NCBI RefSeq assembly: GCF_008831285.2
Contig: NC_045138.2
Span: 1 to 64,000 of the forward strand
From: Nymphaea colorata
Lineage: Eukaryota
DNA: 64,000 bases
Direction of reading: 5' to 3'
Shown here: positions 22,767 through 37,142 of the stretch, in pieces
Layout of the letters: each line of letters begins with the position of its first letter
Position numbering within the stretch: position 1 is the stretch's first letter
Notes under the pieces: generated by a model
Databases searched by the model: none
What the model was told of the DNA's origin: nothing
The model's input: the letters and a program-made list of their open reading frames with translations, nothing else
Program-made: the position numbers and the translations under genes

Positions 22767-25700
22767 TGGTACGAGAGCATCATTTGTGATCTTGGTATTC
22801 AGTCTTCTCCACCATGGCTGAATCTCATATCAATGGAGATCAAGGCAGCAACTCAAGTGACGGTGTAAAAAAGGCTATGGCTGATCAGAACAACACCTTG
22901 AAGATCACCACGACTTTTCTAAACAGATCCAACTATCTAGGATGGGCCAAAGCAGCAAGACTTTTTCTTAGTGGGCGATCAAAAATTGGCTACGTTAACG
23001 ATAAGATCTCCCCTCCAGACATATCTGACCTAAAATTTGATGAATGACAATCTGAAAATGATTTAGTTACGTCTTGGTTAATAAATTAATTGGAACCGAG
23101 TGTTTCAAATATGCTTGTTTATCATGAAATGACTAAGATATTTGGGATACATTAAAAGAAGTATATGGGAATAAAATAGTTTGGCTAGAGTTTGTCAAAT
23201 TCAACTAGAACTTGTTCATATCTCAATGGGAGACGAGTTGATACAATCTTATCTCAGCCACACCGTAGTCTAAGGGAGGAATTAATGCAATATCACCCTG
23301 CTACAACTGATCCAAATGTGTATAGACAACGTTTGGAAGAGGATAGAATCTTCTGTTTCCTTGGTGGACTTGGTGTTGAATTCGAGTGCGTTAGGAGTCA
23401 ATTACTTATGACAAATCCTTTGCAAAACTTTAATCAAGTTTGTCAAACCATGCAAAGAGAGGTTGCTCGCCGGAAGGTTATGAATCTGGAAAAGAAAAAT
23501 CTAACTGCTGAAGAAACAAGCGAAAAGATAGCATACCAAACTTGTTTTGAGCCGCTGCCTAACAATTCTAGACCTAATATCAAAGGCAGTGGAAATGTTA
23601 CCATCATGCAGAAAGAAAGGAATAGCTTTAAATGTTCATATTGCAAAAAAGCTGTACACACTAGAGAAAAATGTTAGGAGTTAAATGGGAAGCCGTCCAA
23701 CACAGCAAATTTCATTACACGTGAGGAGCTGGAAATTTTTTTTCAGCATTTTCCTAAGACAAATCTGGTCCCACTCAGCCCATTGAAAATTCGTCTGAAG
23801 GTACGCACCATGCTCTCATTACTCATTCAAAAAATTTAGGATGAATTATTGACTCTGGGGCCACCGATCACATGACCGGTGATCCCTCTGAAATAGTTGA
23901 TCTTAATCTTGAAAAAAATCGTCATGTGTTCACGGCTGATGGCACACCCATTGCTATAGAAGGCATTGGAGAATCTTGATCAAATAAAAAATCTTGTGTG
24001 CTCTATATTCCTGGACAACATTGATGCTGGTTTTCTCGGCTCGAGCAGAAAAGACATCTGAGTACAAATTATGGCACTCTCGGCTCGGTCATCTTTCTGG
24101 TAGGTCGTTGAAAATTCTTGTTCCACATGTCAAATCTAATGATTATTCTTGTGATGCTTGCGAATTCTCAAAATCAACTAAATTACCTTGTCAAAACTCT
24201 AGAGAAAGGTCTGCTAATTTTTTTATTTAATTCATTCTGATGTTTGGGGCCCAACCCTAGTCGAGTCTCATTTTAGATATAAATACTATATTTCTTTTAT
24301 TGATGATAAAACTCACATGACTTGGCTTTATTTTCTCAAAAATAAGAGTGATGTTGCCAAAACTTTTGAAGAATATTATGAGCTTGTTTACACACAATAT
24401 GAGACCAAAATAAAAAAATTAAGGTTTGATAATGGAGGAGAGTATGTCAATCAAGTTCTTGATGATTTCATGAAAAAGAAAGGCATATTACCTCAACTCA
24501 CTTGTGTCGGTACTCCCCAATAGAATGGAGTCGTCAAACGTAAGAATCGACAATTGCTTAATATTGCTGGGTCCCTAATGATGAACATGAATGTCCCCAT
24601 CTATTTTTGGTCTGAAGCAATAGGAACCATATGTTATATAGCAAATAGAATACCCAATTCGAGCATTAACGATCAAATTCCAATAATTCAGCTGCTTCTT
24701 AAAAAATCAGTTTCTATTAAAAAGTTTTTGGATGCAAATGTGTTGTCCATGTCCAAGAAAAATTTAGGAATAAATTAGAAAAAAGAGTTATGAAATGTAT
24801 TTTTCTTGGATATTCAAGTAAAAAGAAAGGGTTCAAATGTTATGAACCCCATTTGAAAAAATTCTTTGTTACTCGTGACATAAAGTTGAACCATTTTATG
24901 AGAATAGTACTCAAGGAGAGAGAAAACAACAAAAATTTGTTGACATTAGTCTTCGACAACCATTGGTGAACATCCCTAACAATGTAAGTAAGCACCCCAA
25001 TGACGATCAATTTCGTGAGAACCAAAATCAAAGCAATGATGATCAACATCCTCCTCAGTCCAATGAAGTTAATAGCACTGCTAATCCTCAAGATGATGAA
25101 ATGGCTCAAAGGTCAAGAAGTCCTGATCGAGCAGCCATTACGAAGATCGTCTAGATCCACCAAACCCCCAACCAGGCTAAATGATTTACATACATACTTA
25201 TCTTTTCACAAAATTCATTCCATTGATGATTATCTAACGTTTAAAAATTTGTCAAAACGATATCGAGATTATGTATTGAATACTTACCACCCTGAAGAGC
25301 CTAAGAATTTTTTGCAGGCAAACATGGATCCAAGATGGAGAGACACTATGAAAGAAGAACTAAAAGCACTACAAAAGAACCACACGTGGGAAATGGTGTC
25401 TCTACCAGAAGGAGAAAAGGTTGTTGGGTGCAAGTGGGTGTACCGAATAAAATACAGGAGCGATGAATCTATCGAGAGGTTCAAAGCAAGATTGGTTGCA
25501 AAGGGATTTACGCAAACTGAAGGAATTGATTATAACGAAACATTCGTCCCAGTTGCCAAAATGAGCTCTCTCAGAATATCACTCTCAGTAGCGTCAAACA
25601 AAAGGTGGGAACTTATGCAATTGGATGTAAAAAATGTGTTCCTACATGGCGACTTAAATGAACTTGTTTTTGGAAGCACCAGAAGGCATTCAAAATGAAA

Positions 25701-26075
25701 AAAGGTATGTGTGTAAATTGAAAAAGGCTCTATATGGATTAATACAATCTCCCCAGGCATGGTTCTCCCGACTTAGTGAGGCTCTTGTGAGAATTGGTTT
25801 TTCAAAAGCACGTCTGACTATACCATGTTTATCTACAGTCGTACTTGAAAGATTACTATATTACTAGTTTATGTGGCTGATATTATAATAACGGGAGATG
25901 ACATACAAAACGTGACACGAGTAAAATACTATCTCAAAATGGAATTCGCGATAAACGACTTAAGAAAATTGAGATACTGTTTTGGCATTGAACTAGCACA
26001 ATCTGATAAAGGAGTGTTCATCTGTCAGAGAAAGTACACTCTAGATCTCCTCAAAGAAACTAGCTACATGGGAAC
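22767..26075 (+). mobile_element. Decayed Ty1/copia internal region (PBS, gag, protease, integrase, RT), truncated within RT
   Basis: Degenerate tRNA-iMet PBS TGGTACGAGAGC (22767-22778); gag [85 protein letters not shown]...[31 protein letters not shown] (YVDD mutated). Confidence 0.93.
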
Positions 26076-28540
26076 TGTTTGCATTCCAAAATTTTTGGTT
26101 GGTTTTGGAATGCTCCAAAACAATGAGTTTTTGTTTTGAAATAGGAAAGAAAGGGACTCGCCCGTCGGTACGAGGGTCGACTGTTCCCGGTGTCTTTACC
26201 AGGTGTAATCAACCCAAGGGCTATGTTTATTATTGATGCATTTCATTTTAACTTGAACATCTCTTTGATTTTATATGCGGTATAGAAGTTTAATGTTTCA
26301 AGCTTTTGAAAAGGTTCTTGAAGAGTTGCTTGAGAATGTGAAATGTTTTGGGAAAACTAGAAGGAAATCCTTGTGAATATCATTGGAAAGCTTGAAAAGT
26401 CATTTTGAAATCATTTTAGTGTTCTCTTAAGACATTAAATAGGTTTGAGATATTGCTCTAATTCGGTTACCACCTGGTTAGAGTTTCATCTCATTTTGCT
26501 TAAGTTCTTTTAGAGAGGTGCTTGTGATCATACGTGACATTAAGTAAGTAAAAATGAATGAATGCATTGATCCTATATGATTGAAAGAGAAAATCATTCA
26601 TTCCTACCATAACATTCATCTAGATGCATTCCTACCATAACATACATCTAAGATTTTTGTTTTTGTAAATAGCATATATATGAAGGAAATTTTTTTGAAA
26701 ATAGATTGGGGTTGTAGACCATCAAATATGGATCCAATATTGAGTCATTACTTGGTTTGTGGTCTTGATTGAGTCGGCAAATAAAAAATTAAAATCATAA
26801 ATGGTAAGATATTGAAAGAATGGAAAAGATGAAGGACTACATCCTAAGAGGGATATAAAGAGCCTAAGCTAAGTCTCCAAGGCCGCATTAGAGAGATTTC
26901 TTTTGAAAATGTTTTGGAAAATATGATTTGCATAAAAACATAGAATATTATGGTTTGGTTACAAGGGAATATGTTTCTTCCACCGTTGGGTATATGAAAG
27001 AAAATCTAACAACACATCGAGACACTCTTTAAGGTTCATAATGAGGTGATTAGGAAAGAAACTAACGTAAAATGACATGCAAATGCATTTTAACATGTAC
27101 ATTTTCGTGATGGTTTCTCCGGGTTGGACAAGCCCCAATCTCAAAAATTAATATGAAAATAAAGAGGTCCAAGCCATACCCTCATTCTCACCGTTCATTG
27201 GTATGTAAATAGAAGATTAGAATATCATGCATTGATAATATATCGACAACATTCAAGGAAGGAAAAAGGGAGAGGGAGAGCATAACGGAGAGGGAAGAGA
27301 GAGAGAGTACGATAGAGAGAGAAAGACATAGAGAGAGAGAGAGAGGTGGAGAGAGAGAGAAAAACGTAGAGAGAGAGAAAGGTTGAGAAAGAAAGATATA
27401 GAGAGATAGAGAGAAAAAGAGAGAAATAGAGAGAGATAGAGGAAATGATATTCCCTCTTATTTTCCATGCTCCCGGTACACTCGAGCATAACCTCTTGTC
27501 TCTATAATAGAGATTGAGTGTTATCTCCTTTGGCCATGAGGAGATGAAAAATAAAAAGAGAAAATAAAATGAGAAAGACAACAAAAATATATTCAAGAAA
27601 TAGAAATAGCAATAACAATGAAGAAAAATAACAACATCAAGAACATTTGAAAGAGCATCATAAAATAAAATATCATCTCATCCTCTCATGCTCTCGGTGC
27701 ACTCGAGCATAGTCTCTTGTCTCTATAATAGAGATTGAGTACTATCTCCTTTGGCCATGGAAAGATGAAGAATAGAGGAAAGAAAAGGAAAATGCTACAT
27801 TCAATAAGAGAAAAAAAAATGAGCTAATCATAAAATGAATGATCATATCATTTTCCATGCTCTCGGTGTACTTGAGTATAGCCTCTTAGTTCTAAAATAG
27901 AGTTGAGAGCTATCTCTTTTGGCCATGAGGAGAGGAAGAAGAGAGGAAAGAAAAAATGAAAGTGATGATGATTACATACCTCTAAATGAGAAAATGACTT
28001 AGGGAAAATAAACAATCATCCTTGAAATAAACTCGAACTCACCTTCAATGAAGCTCCGTGATGATAAAGATGAGTCCTCCAAGGGGTCATTGGTGCTCTC
28101 TTGAAGAGTTGTAGCTAGCTCCAAATTGTAGAGAAATGGAAAGAGGAAGAGGGAGAGAGAGAGAGCTCAAGAGAAACCCTAAGTCTTCATGTGAGAATAC
28201 TCTAGGTTTTCTCCCAAGGGCCACTCTTGCCCAAAAGGGGGGAGGGGGGGAAGTTGAGAATATTTATAGAGAATTTTGGAGCCAAAACCCTAAATTTGAT
28301 TTTTTTTTGAATTTCACCTCATTTTCACTCAAATTTCACATAATTTTGAATTATTTAGAGAAAGAAATGGTTTGAAAATGGGTATGATTGGCCATTAAGC
28401 TTATAAAAATATTTTTTTTTTCAAAATGAGTTTGTCCTTTGTCCATCCAAAAAGACTAAAATCGCCCTCTAAAAGGAGGTTTTTTTTATCAAAAGGAGGG
28501 TCAAATTTGTTTTGCCCAGCAAAAAGACCAAAATCATTCT
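26076..28540 (-). mobile_element. Older, diverged, truncated LTR of the same Ogre family inserted in the copia RT
   Basis: Starts TGTTTGCATTCCAAAATTTT like the young LTR end; colinear similarity through the three hairpin units, donor, TATA and first U3 repeats; no adjacent PBS, so a 3' or solo LTR; similarity stops near 28540. Confidence 0.9.
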
Positions 28541-30666
28541 CACTAGCCTACCGGACCGACCAGGTAAGTTACTTCCATTGGAGCAATAGTTCTTGCTTTT
28601 CATGTTGCAGTCTAAAAGAAGAAAGTTTAGGTTTTAATTCTTGTCACAAATCAAAGTTTAAAGTTTCAATCTCTCTCTCTCCACACACACACACACACAC
28701 ACATATGTATATATTGATCCACCACCCATTTGGGTAGGCTTAATTTGTTAAATTTCCATCATAACAGGTAGTTTTGAATCAATTTAAATTGACATATATT
28801 AGCTGATTAAGTCGGTTCTTTGATCCTTGTATGCATTATTAATCGCTCAAAGATAAACGGGTCAAACAGGGAGACACTTATCGATAATGAAAAGTTAAGT
28901 TTGTGTTTGAATACGTTCTCAAAAAACAACGATGTGCAACGACCAGGTTAATTTGTATGTTTGATTAAGTCAAAGAGTGTCCCCTGAATGTACCAAGTCA
29001 ATGATGGGCTTGCATTCTAGTTGAGCTGTACAAGGTCAGGTCGAGCTCGACTCAACAGACCCAGACTGAGTCTCGGCTAGAGCTTGACTCTTTTAAGCTC
29101 TTTTACCAATTCCCCATTTGACTTAATTTCTTTTCTTAGCTTTAAGTGCAAAAATTACAAAAAAGAAACCTAAATTAAACAAGTTTACTTGAATTTAATT
29201 GAGTCAGAGTTCTTACAACGAGTCGAGCTTTACATACCCTCTAATTCCATAGTCCAAGGTAGCTAGGTAGCAGAATTAAATTGTTCAATGAGAGAAAGGA
29301 CAATAGGCTGACCATATTAGTGATTTGCTTGGGACTTATATCAAGTTTTGGAAGTGACAACAGACCGGCCCAGGACTTCAGCATAAAGCTGAAATTTTCA
29401 CTACTAATATTATAAATCAGCTTTAGAGAACCCACAGGAATCCCAGAACCAAGTGTTGATGCATAACTTAATTCAAAGTCAATATTGCAGTCAATGAAAA
29501 TGTGTGTGCGTTTTTTTTAAAGAAATGCACTAACAATGCAAAAAGCAACTCACCAGAAAAGATAAAAAAAAAGGATTTTTTGAATTTCATATTTTAATTT
29601 CAATGCCAATCTGTCTGTTTGCAGTCTAATTTTGTTGCTTGTTTATTTTTCGACGTTGTTTCATTAATTTCTCATTTATTTTATTTTTCATAATTTTTAA
29701 AGATTTTTTAAATTTTTTGAAAATTTGCAACATTGTTCATGGGGCATTAATATGTTAATATACCATTTGTGTGAGCCTGTGTGGACAATTGCCTACACAA
29801 GCCCACATCTACCTCCAACGCTGGGTGCAAAACCAAAATGACTCTTCACAATGCTATGCTATGAAAATTTTCTTAGATATTAAATATTTGAAACTCCTAC
29901 CCCATACATCAACAAAATTCTTCTCACACCACTACTTCTATAGCACTTTCTATCTTATGCGCCTAACATGTACAACTCGTGCTCCCACTTTTTACCAGAA
30001 GGGTATTTTTGTAATTTTATAATAATTTATTTGAAGTTTTCTTCTATTTAACCTGTAGAAGTATTTTGGTCATTTCCAGTTTGTAGTCCTACCTAGCGTA
30101 CTTGAATTTAAGATCTAAGGCTTAATTTAAAGCCCGATTTTCAAAACTTTAAATTTATTCCCCAAGTAAAATTTTCTCATGGAAAGTGAAGAAAGAAATT
30201 TTCTACTAAAAAAATCTTATTAGCATTAACGACTTGAATTATTAGAAATAGTGCTTGGCCAGGATGGGTCATGTCCCGCACCATGGTTAACATATGGATC
30301 CAACTAAAGGCAGCCCCAGTGGCTCTGAAATCTCAGTTGTACACAGTACATATGGGTCCTCATTTTTTAGCTTCATGTGGACCAAAGTTTTCTCATAAAT
30401 AATTAATGCATCCAAGATCTGTTCCTGGCAACCATTCGAGTTTCACGCCCATTAGATGACAAGCAGAATTTGGCTTTTCTTCTACTTAGTAATTTGCATA
30501 TGGCAAGCGGAGAACTATTTGTTGTTTGTTTGCTTTGAGAACTTTTCTTTGGCGCACAGAAGAAGTTATTGGCGTCCGTTGAGTTAAAATGGTAACTAGA
30601 AAAGAACAATTTTAAGGAATCTCAAGAAATAACGTTTCTCGGATAACACATTTTATTTAACTTTTT

Positions 30667-33600
30667 GGACTGGGTGAGCTGTTTTCTATCATAACATCTT
30701 TTCCCTTTTTATTTTTCTTTGTTGTCTTTTTCTTTTTGAGAGAAAACAGTTCGGGTCTTTCTTCCTTACTAGTTGTCGAATCTGAACCCAAATGGTCTTC
30801 ATCCTGGTTTTCAACAAAAGACTTGTTTTTCTTCTTTCTTTTTTGCTTGGCAGTCTTTTCATTGTCCGGCTCTGGAGTAACCATCAAGGCCTTTTGCTCT
30901 TCTTGCTCTTTCATGAATCGCTCCATGAACAAACAGAACATATAGTAAGCTTCTGGCTCGATTGCTGGGAGGCCAAGTGTTTCTAGACGGAGTTCAGAGG
31001 ATGAAGCCTCGTTTTGAGGAGTCTGCTTAGCTTGCGATCTAGTTTCAACCATCTTGTTGGCTTTCAAGTATTCACCTTATGACATAAGAAAACAGAGTTA
31101 TTGGACGGAAATGATGACAAAATGAAGGTTCATATTGCATTACAAGTTTTTAAAAGTTACATTCAAAGATACTAATAAAGATGACAACGACAGAAGGAAT
31201 ACAAAGTTGACAACATAAAACTTTTTAGGAAAGGATGGATGGTGGTCGGTTGGCATCCCACCACTCAGCATATTCCTTCTTCACCACTGGGCCTATGAAC
31301 CAAGTGTATGATATTTGTGTCTTCCATTCTTGTCGAGCTACTGCAAACAATGCTGTCCATTGAGGAGAACTAAGGTCAAATTCGGGAATAGCTCCAATTG
31401 GTGCATGCACAGAGACCATCTTCTGCCTTTGAGAGAACTGTCTCATACATCTATCAGCACAATAATCAACTATGAAGTAAGGGCCCAAGAGTGTGGTACG
31501 CCCATGATGATGGTGAGTGTATCAGGGTAGGCTCTGCCGACGATCACAATAATCCCAAATGATCTCTCCTTCATTCAATTGCTCGATCAAACGACGGTAT
31601 TGCTCCAAGGTTGTCAATGATCCATCAGTGTTTCTGAATAGACTGGCTTGGGGTCCCGCATGCTTGAGGAACCACAATTGTAAAGCATATGTGCATCCTT
31701 CTATGAAGTCGATATCTTCAATGGTAAAGCGGGTGAGTCCTCGGTAAAGGAAGGCTAAGGCTGTCATTGCTACTGACAAGTGTCAGGTCCCTCTATGCCC
31801 CCATACTCGAAAAAGTTGGGCAATACGGACATCTAAAAGGTCACTTCCATTGGTAAAAAGGGTCACTCATACTGTGCAGAGCATCATACAATGTTTAATT
31901 CTCCCTATGGCTTTTCGAGGTAGGGTAGAAGGTTCAACATAGGTTCCAAATTCTTCATACAAATTTTTCATGTTGATGCTTTGATTTTTATGGTTTTCTA
32001 TTAAAGGCCAAGTTTTCCGTCCAGTAAAGTGAGCAATGAGGTCATTTGCATTGACCTTGGTTGGGTTCATAAGGAATTGTTTTTCCAATAGATCATTTGG
32101 GTCACAAGTTGGGGTAGGGAGGTCTAGTATTTTGGCAAATTCATCTAGTAATATTGTCATTTCTCCCCATGGAAACCAAAAAGAGGAGGTCCTTGGGTTC
32201 CAACGCTCGGCGATTGCATGTACCAAATTTCCATTAACTGACTGCATTCCTCCAGCTGCCACTGTCTCTAGCCCACATTCTTCAAAGTAAGAAGGAAACA
32301 TCCGAGAGAAGGTGGGATGCCAAGTCCGATACCATTCGGGAGCCAAAGGTTGAGACTCAAGAAAAATGTAGGTGGACCGTTCGGGACCTTCCCCAAAAGG
32401 ATGTGATCATAAGGGAATGTGACACCATGTTGGAAAGAATACATCTTGAATGATGACTCTAAAAGATAAAAATTGAATTAGTGGAAAACATTGACTAGGT
32501 TGACAAAGACAATATGAGGTAGATGTGTGGAATGAGGTTGCAAATCATCACATAAGGTTTCACGCACATCAACATCCATCATGAAATAATTTTCTTTTTT
32601 TTTTTTTAAAAAAATTGGGTATATGAACCTAATTGAGATAATTTTGTGTCACGATAATCCGATATCAAGTTATGCTTATATACCTTAGCCAAATGGCTTA
32701 GTACGAGCATAGATTCTTCCTTAGGCAACTAAGGGTAGAGTTCATCAACTTCTTCTTGATCACTCGTCGATATACCATAAATTACCACTCATGGTACTAA
32801 CGAGGGGGCGTTCCCGCCCAAGGTGTGGTCTAGTTGTAAGGCTTAGTGTTGTGCTACCGCCAAAGACCAAGCCCGGCAACATGATGACCGGGACAAATAG
32901 GTATGAGGAATTTTGAAATATGAGAAATCATATAAATTGAGTTGTCTCTAATGCAATGTTGCCTAAGTTTGAAGATTAAAATAGAAGAGCAAACATGGCT
33001 TTCAAACAACTTCTAAATTGAGAAGGGTGGTATGTGATCATAAATATGTGTGAACATGATTGATCCTTCTCAATTAATCCTATGTGCAAGAAAACATTTA
33101 CAATCATCAAACAATGCAATGAAATGCCAATGGGGTCGAGGCCAAAATAGGGGACATGCTTTATCATTGGCAATACATGAGATGTTCAAATTAGGGAAAA
33201 TGCATCAATAATCATAGCCAAACGATGACGGGTCCCATCACGGTCGCCATCTGTTTGCATCCCAAAATTTTCATTGGTTTTGGAGTGCTCCAGAAAAATA
33301 AGGTTTTTGTTTTGAAAGAGGAAAGAAAGGGACTCGCCCGTCGGTACGAGGATCGACCGTTCCCGGCACCTTTACCGGGGGTAATCAACCCAAGGACTAT
33401 GTTTATCATTGATGCATTTCGTTTTAACTTAAACATCTTTTTGATTATATATGCGGTGTAGAAAATATTGAAAGTTTGGAGTTTCAAATTTTTGAAAGGG
33501 TTCTTGAAGAATTGCTTGAAAATGTGAAATGTTTTGAGGAAAAAGTGAAACTAGTAAATATCATTTGAAAAACTTGTGAAAACATTTTGAAATCACTTTA

Positions 33601-36554
33601 GTGTTCTCTTAAGACTTTAAGTAGGTTTGAGATTTTGCTCTAATTCGGTTGCCACCTAGCTAGAGCTCCATCCCTTCTTGCTTAAGTTCCTTTGGAGAGG
33701 TGCTTGTGATCATAAATGAAATAAAGTGAGTGAGAATGCATGGATGCATTTATCCTATATGATTGAAAAAAATGTAAAACATTCCTACCACAACATTTAT
33801 CTAATGTCATTCCTACCACAACATACATCTAAGATTTCATTATTATAATTATTGTATATAAGAAGGAAAAGTTTTTGAAAAGGGATAGAGATTGTAGACC
33901 ATCAAGTATGATTCCAATATTGGGTCATTACTTGGTTGTGGTCTTATTGAAGTTGGTAAATAGAAAGTTAATGAGGTGAGAATGTTAAAAAGAATACAAG
34001 AGATAAAACACTCTTATGAAAGGAAAGAGAGATATAAAGAAAGACATGCATACATGTGTACATACCATCACATATACACATATATGAAAGTTTAAGAGAA
34101 AAAGATGTATTGATTAGAAGAGAAATAGAGATTTTAGAGGAAAAGAAAAATATCATACGCATATATGGGTATGAGAAATGTTATAAGAGAAGATATTTGT
34201 CTTGAAAAGAGGAATAAATATTTGAAAGAGAGGAGATGGAGCACATGTACATACGTATTCATGCACATATGAAAATTTATAAAATAGAAAGTGAAAGCAT
34301 AGAGAGAGAAATATGAGGGTCATCATGTTGGCATAAATGTATATAACATGTGTATACATCCATACCTTCACAAGATTAGAAAAATCAAGGAACAACTTAA
34401 AATTACCAACTTCAAATTTAATGTGGGCCGGAGGGGAGTTTGGACTCATGCAAGAGTCTAAGCTAAGTCCTTAAGGCCATGTTAGAAGGTTCTTTTTGAA
34501 AATGTTTTAAAAATATGATTTATATAAGCATAGAATGTTATTATTTGGTTTGTTGTAAGAGATATATTTCTTCCACCGTTGGGTATGGAAGAAAACAAGC
34601 AACATAACGAGGCACTCGTTAGGGTTCCTAATGTGATGATTAAGAAGGAAACTAGTGCAAAATGATATGGAAATGCATATTAACATGTACATTTTCGTGA
34701 GGGTTTATCCCGGGTTGAACAAGTCCCAACCTCAAAGATTAATATGAAAATAAAAAGTCCCCAAACCACACTCTCATTCCCGACATGCATTCACATGTAA
34801 GTAAAGAACTAAGCAACTATGCATGCATAATATATAGATAGCTTTCAAGGAAGGAAAGAAAGAAAGAGGATGATGAAAAAAGCAAAGTTCAATTAGGAGG
34901 GAAGACATGATGTAACTATGAATTGATATACCACCTCATCTTCTCATGTTCCCGGTGCACTTGAGTATAGCCTCTTGACTCTAAAATAGAGATTGAGAGC
35001 TATCTCTTTTGGCCATGGAGAAATGAGGAAGAGAGGAAAATAAGAGGAAACAAAAAAACAATAAGAATGTATTCATGAAAAGAAAGAACATGATTAAAAT
35101 GAAAGATCATCTCATCTTTCCATGCTCCCGGTGCACTTTGATTATAGCCTCTTGTCTCTAAAAAGAGATTGAGAGCTACCTTCTTTAGCCGTGGGGAGAT
35201 GAAGATGAGGAGAAAATGTAGAAAGAGAAACAATAACGAAGAAATCAAATAACAAGAATAAGACTATATTGAAGAAATGAAATAACAATAACAACAAAAA
35301 TATATTCATTAAGGAAAAGAATAACAACAACAAGAATATATATTGAATAGAAGAAAGAGCAAGAAGATATTGATAAAGAGAAAGAACAAGAACAACAAGA
35401 ATACTTGAAAGAGCATGATTTAATCATAAAATAAAATATCATCTTATCTTCTCATGCTCCCGGTGCATTTGAGCATAGTCTCTTGTCTCTAAAAAGAGGT
35501 TGAGTGCTATCTCCTTTGGCCATGGGGAGATGAAGATGTGAAGAGAAAATGAAAACAACAATAAGACTATATTTAAGAAAAGAAATAACATAATAATAAG
35601 AATATTAATGAAAGAAAGAAGAGAGAAATGAGAGGGATGAAGATTACATACCTCTAATGGGAAATGACTTAAGAAAGATGAACACCTTCACTTGAAGATC
35701 CCCTTTTGAATGAAGCTCCAAGAGTGCTTGCTCTAAGTTGGAGAAGGAAATGAAAAGAGGGAGAGGGAGAGAGAGAGAGCTCAAGAGAAACTCTAAGTCT
35801 TCAAGTGAGAATACACTAGAGTTTCTCCCAAGGACCAATCTTGCCCAAGAGGGAGGATATGGGGGGGTATTTATAGAGGATTTTGGAGCCAAAACCCAAA
35901 ATTTGAATTTTTTGACATAAAAAGACTAAAATCACCCTCCAAAAGGAGATTTTTTTGGCCAAAAGGAAGGGCAAATCGGTCTTGTCCACCCAAAAAGACT
36001 AAAATTACCCTCTAAAAGGATGTTTTTTGGTCAAAAGGAGGGGTAAATTGGTCTTGTTTACCAAAAAGACTAAAATCACTCTCTAAAAGGAGGTTTTTTG
36101 GTCAAAAGGAGGGGCAAATCGGTCTTGTTTGAAAAAGACTAAAATCACCCTCTAAAAGGAGGTTTTTTGATCAAAAGGAGGGGCAAATCGGACTTGTTTA
36201 AAAAAGACTAAAATCACCCTCTAAAAGGAGGTTTTTTGATCAAAAGGAGGGGCAAATCGGTCTTGTTTAAAAAAGACTAAAATCACCCTCTAAAAGGAGG
36301 TTTTTGGTCAAAGAAAGGGCAAATTAGTCTTAAATGATTGATTTGGATCTGAACTTGGGTTTTGGATCTAAAATTAGTATTTTGGATTTAATTTGGATCT
36401 GAAAGTTCTATTTTGAATTTAATTTGGATCTGAGAGTAGTATTTTGGATTTAATTTGGACCTGAAAGTTGTATTTTGAAAATCTCGTGCCTAAATTTGAA
36501 TTTCGCACTTGGATAAAACATCATAGTCCTTTAAAAAAAATTGGGGTGATTACA
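30667..36554 (-). mobile_element. Partial Ogre copy 2: 5' LTR (33252-36554), PBS (33232-33249), PMD ORF (31225-32444), gag N-terminus (30667-31052)
   Basis: Near-identical to the corresponding part of copy 1; gag is cut after ...ENSSPSP. Confidence 0.93.
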
Positions 36555-37042
36555 ATATCCAAATCCTATCTGATGCCATTATGATGAAAATAAATAAAAT
36601 TTATGGCGCTGTGTGGGCAACTGCCCACACATGCCCACATGTAGTCCTCCCCACTACCATAGCTTTTCTTGCAGGCTAACATGCGTTAGTTGCATAGAAG
36701 GCCACAATAGGGATTTGCAGCAAAGGCCAACAAGGCCTTCTCATTTTTGCTACGGAGTTCAACTATTAGAAGTTTCACCAATTAATTAAGCACTTTAGAA
36801 TTTTTATTTTCAGAATAGTTTTAGTAAAGTTGACTTGATCACATGGTAATATAGCATGATTGGTGGATCAAGCTAACTGCTTAGCCAAATGCATCAGTTC
36901 TTTGAAGTACTTAACTCTCTGTCTGATTGCAGAAAAGTAGTAATCTTGACAAAGAATTTTTAAATGAATTTCCTCTACGAGACTTTCAGCAAATTAAGCA
37001 ACGTCATTCATAACTCTCCTCCGACTTGGCTACTATATATGC
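30667..37042. repeat. Direct segmental duplication of 9394-15776 (runs into the gap)
   Basis: Begins abruptly at GGACTGGGTGAGC inside gag and continues past the LTR through the same ATATC and ~490 bp of the same flank; scattered substitutions versus copy 1. Confidence 0.93.
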
Positions 37043-37142
37043 NNNNNNNNNNNNNNNNNNNNNNNNNNNNNNNNNNNNNNNNNNNNNNNNNNNNNNNNNN
37101 NNNNNNNNNNNNNNNNNNNNNNNNNNNNNNNNNNNNNNNNNN
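37043..37142. other. Assembly gap (100 N)
   Basis: Run of exactly 100 N, a usual placeholder for a gap of unknown size. Confidence 0.99.

Noticed and set aside
28700..29245. GAGCTCGA/GAGTC-rich segments (also ~21440-21590) as MITEs
   Set aside because: Suggestive of hAT-type subterminal repeats, but no paired TIRs or TSD could be defined.
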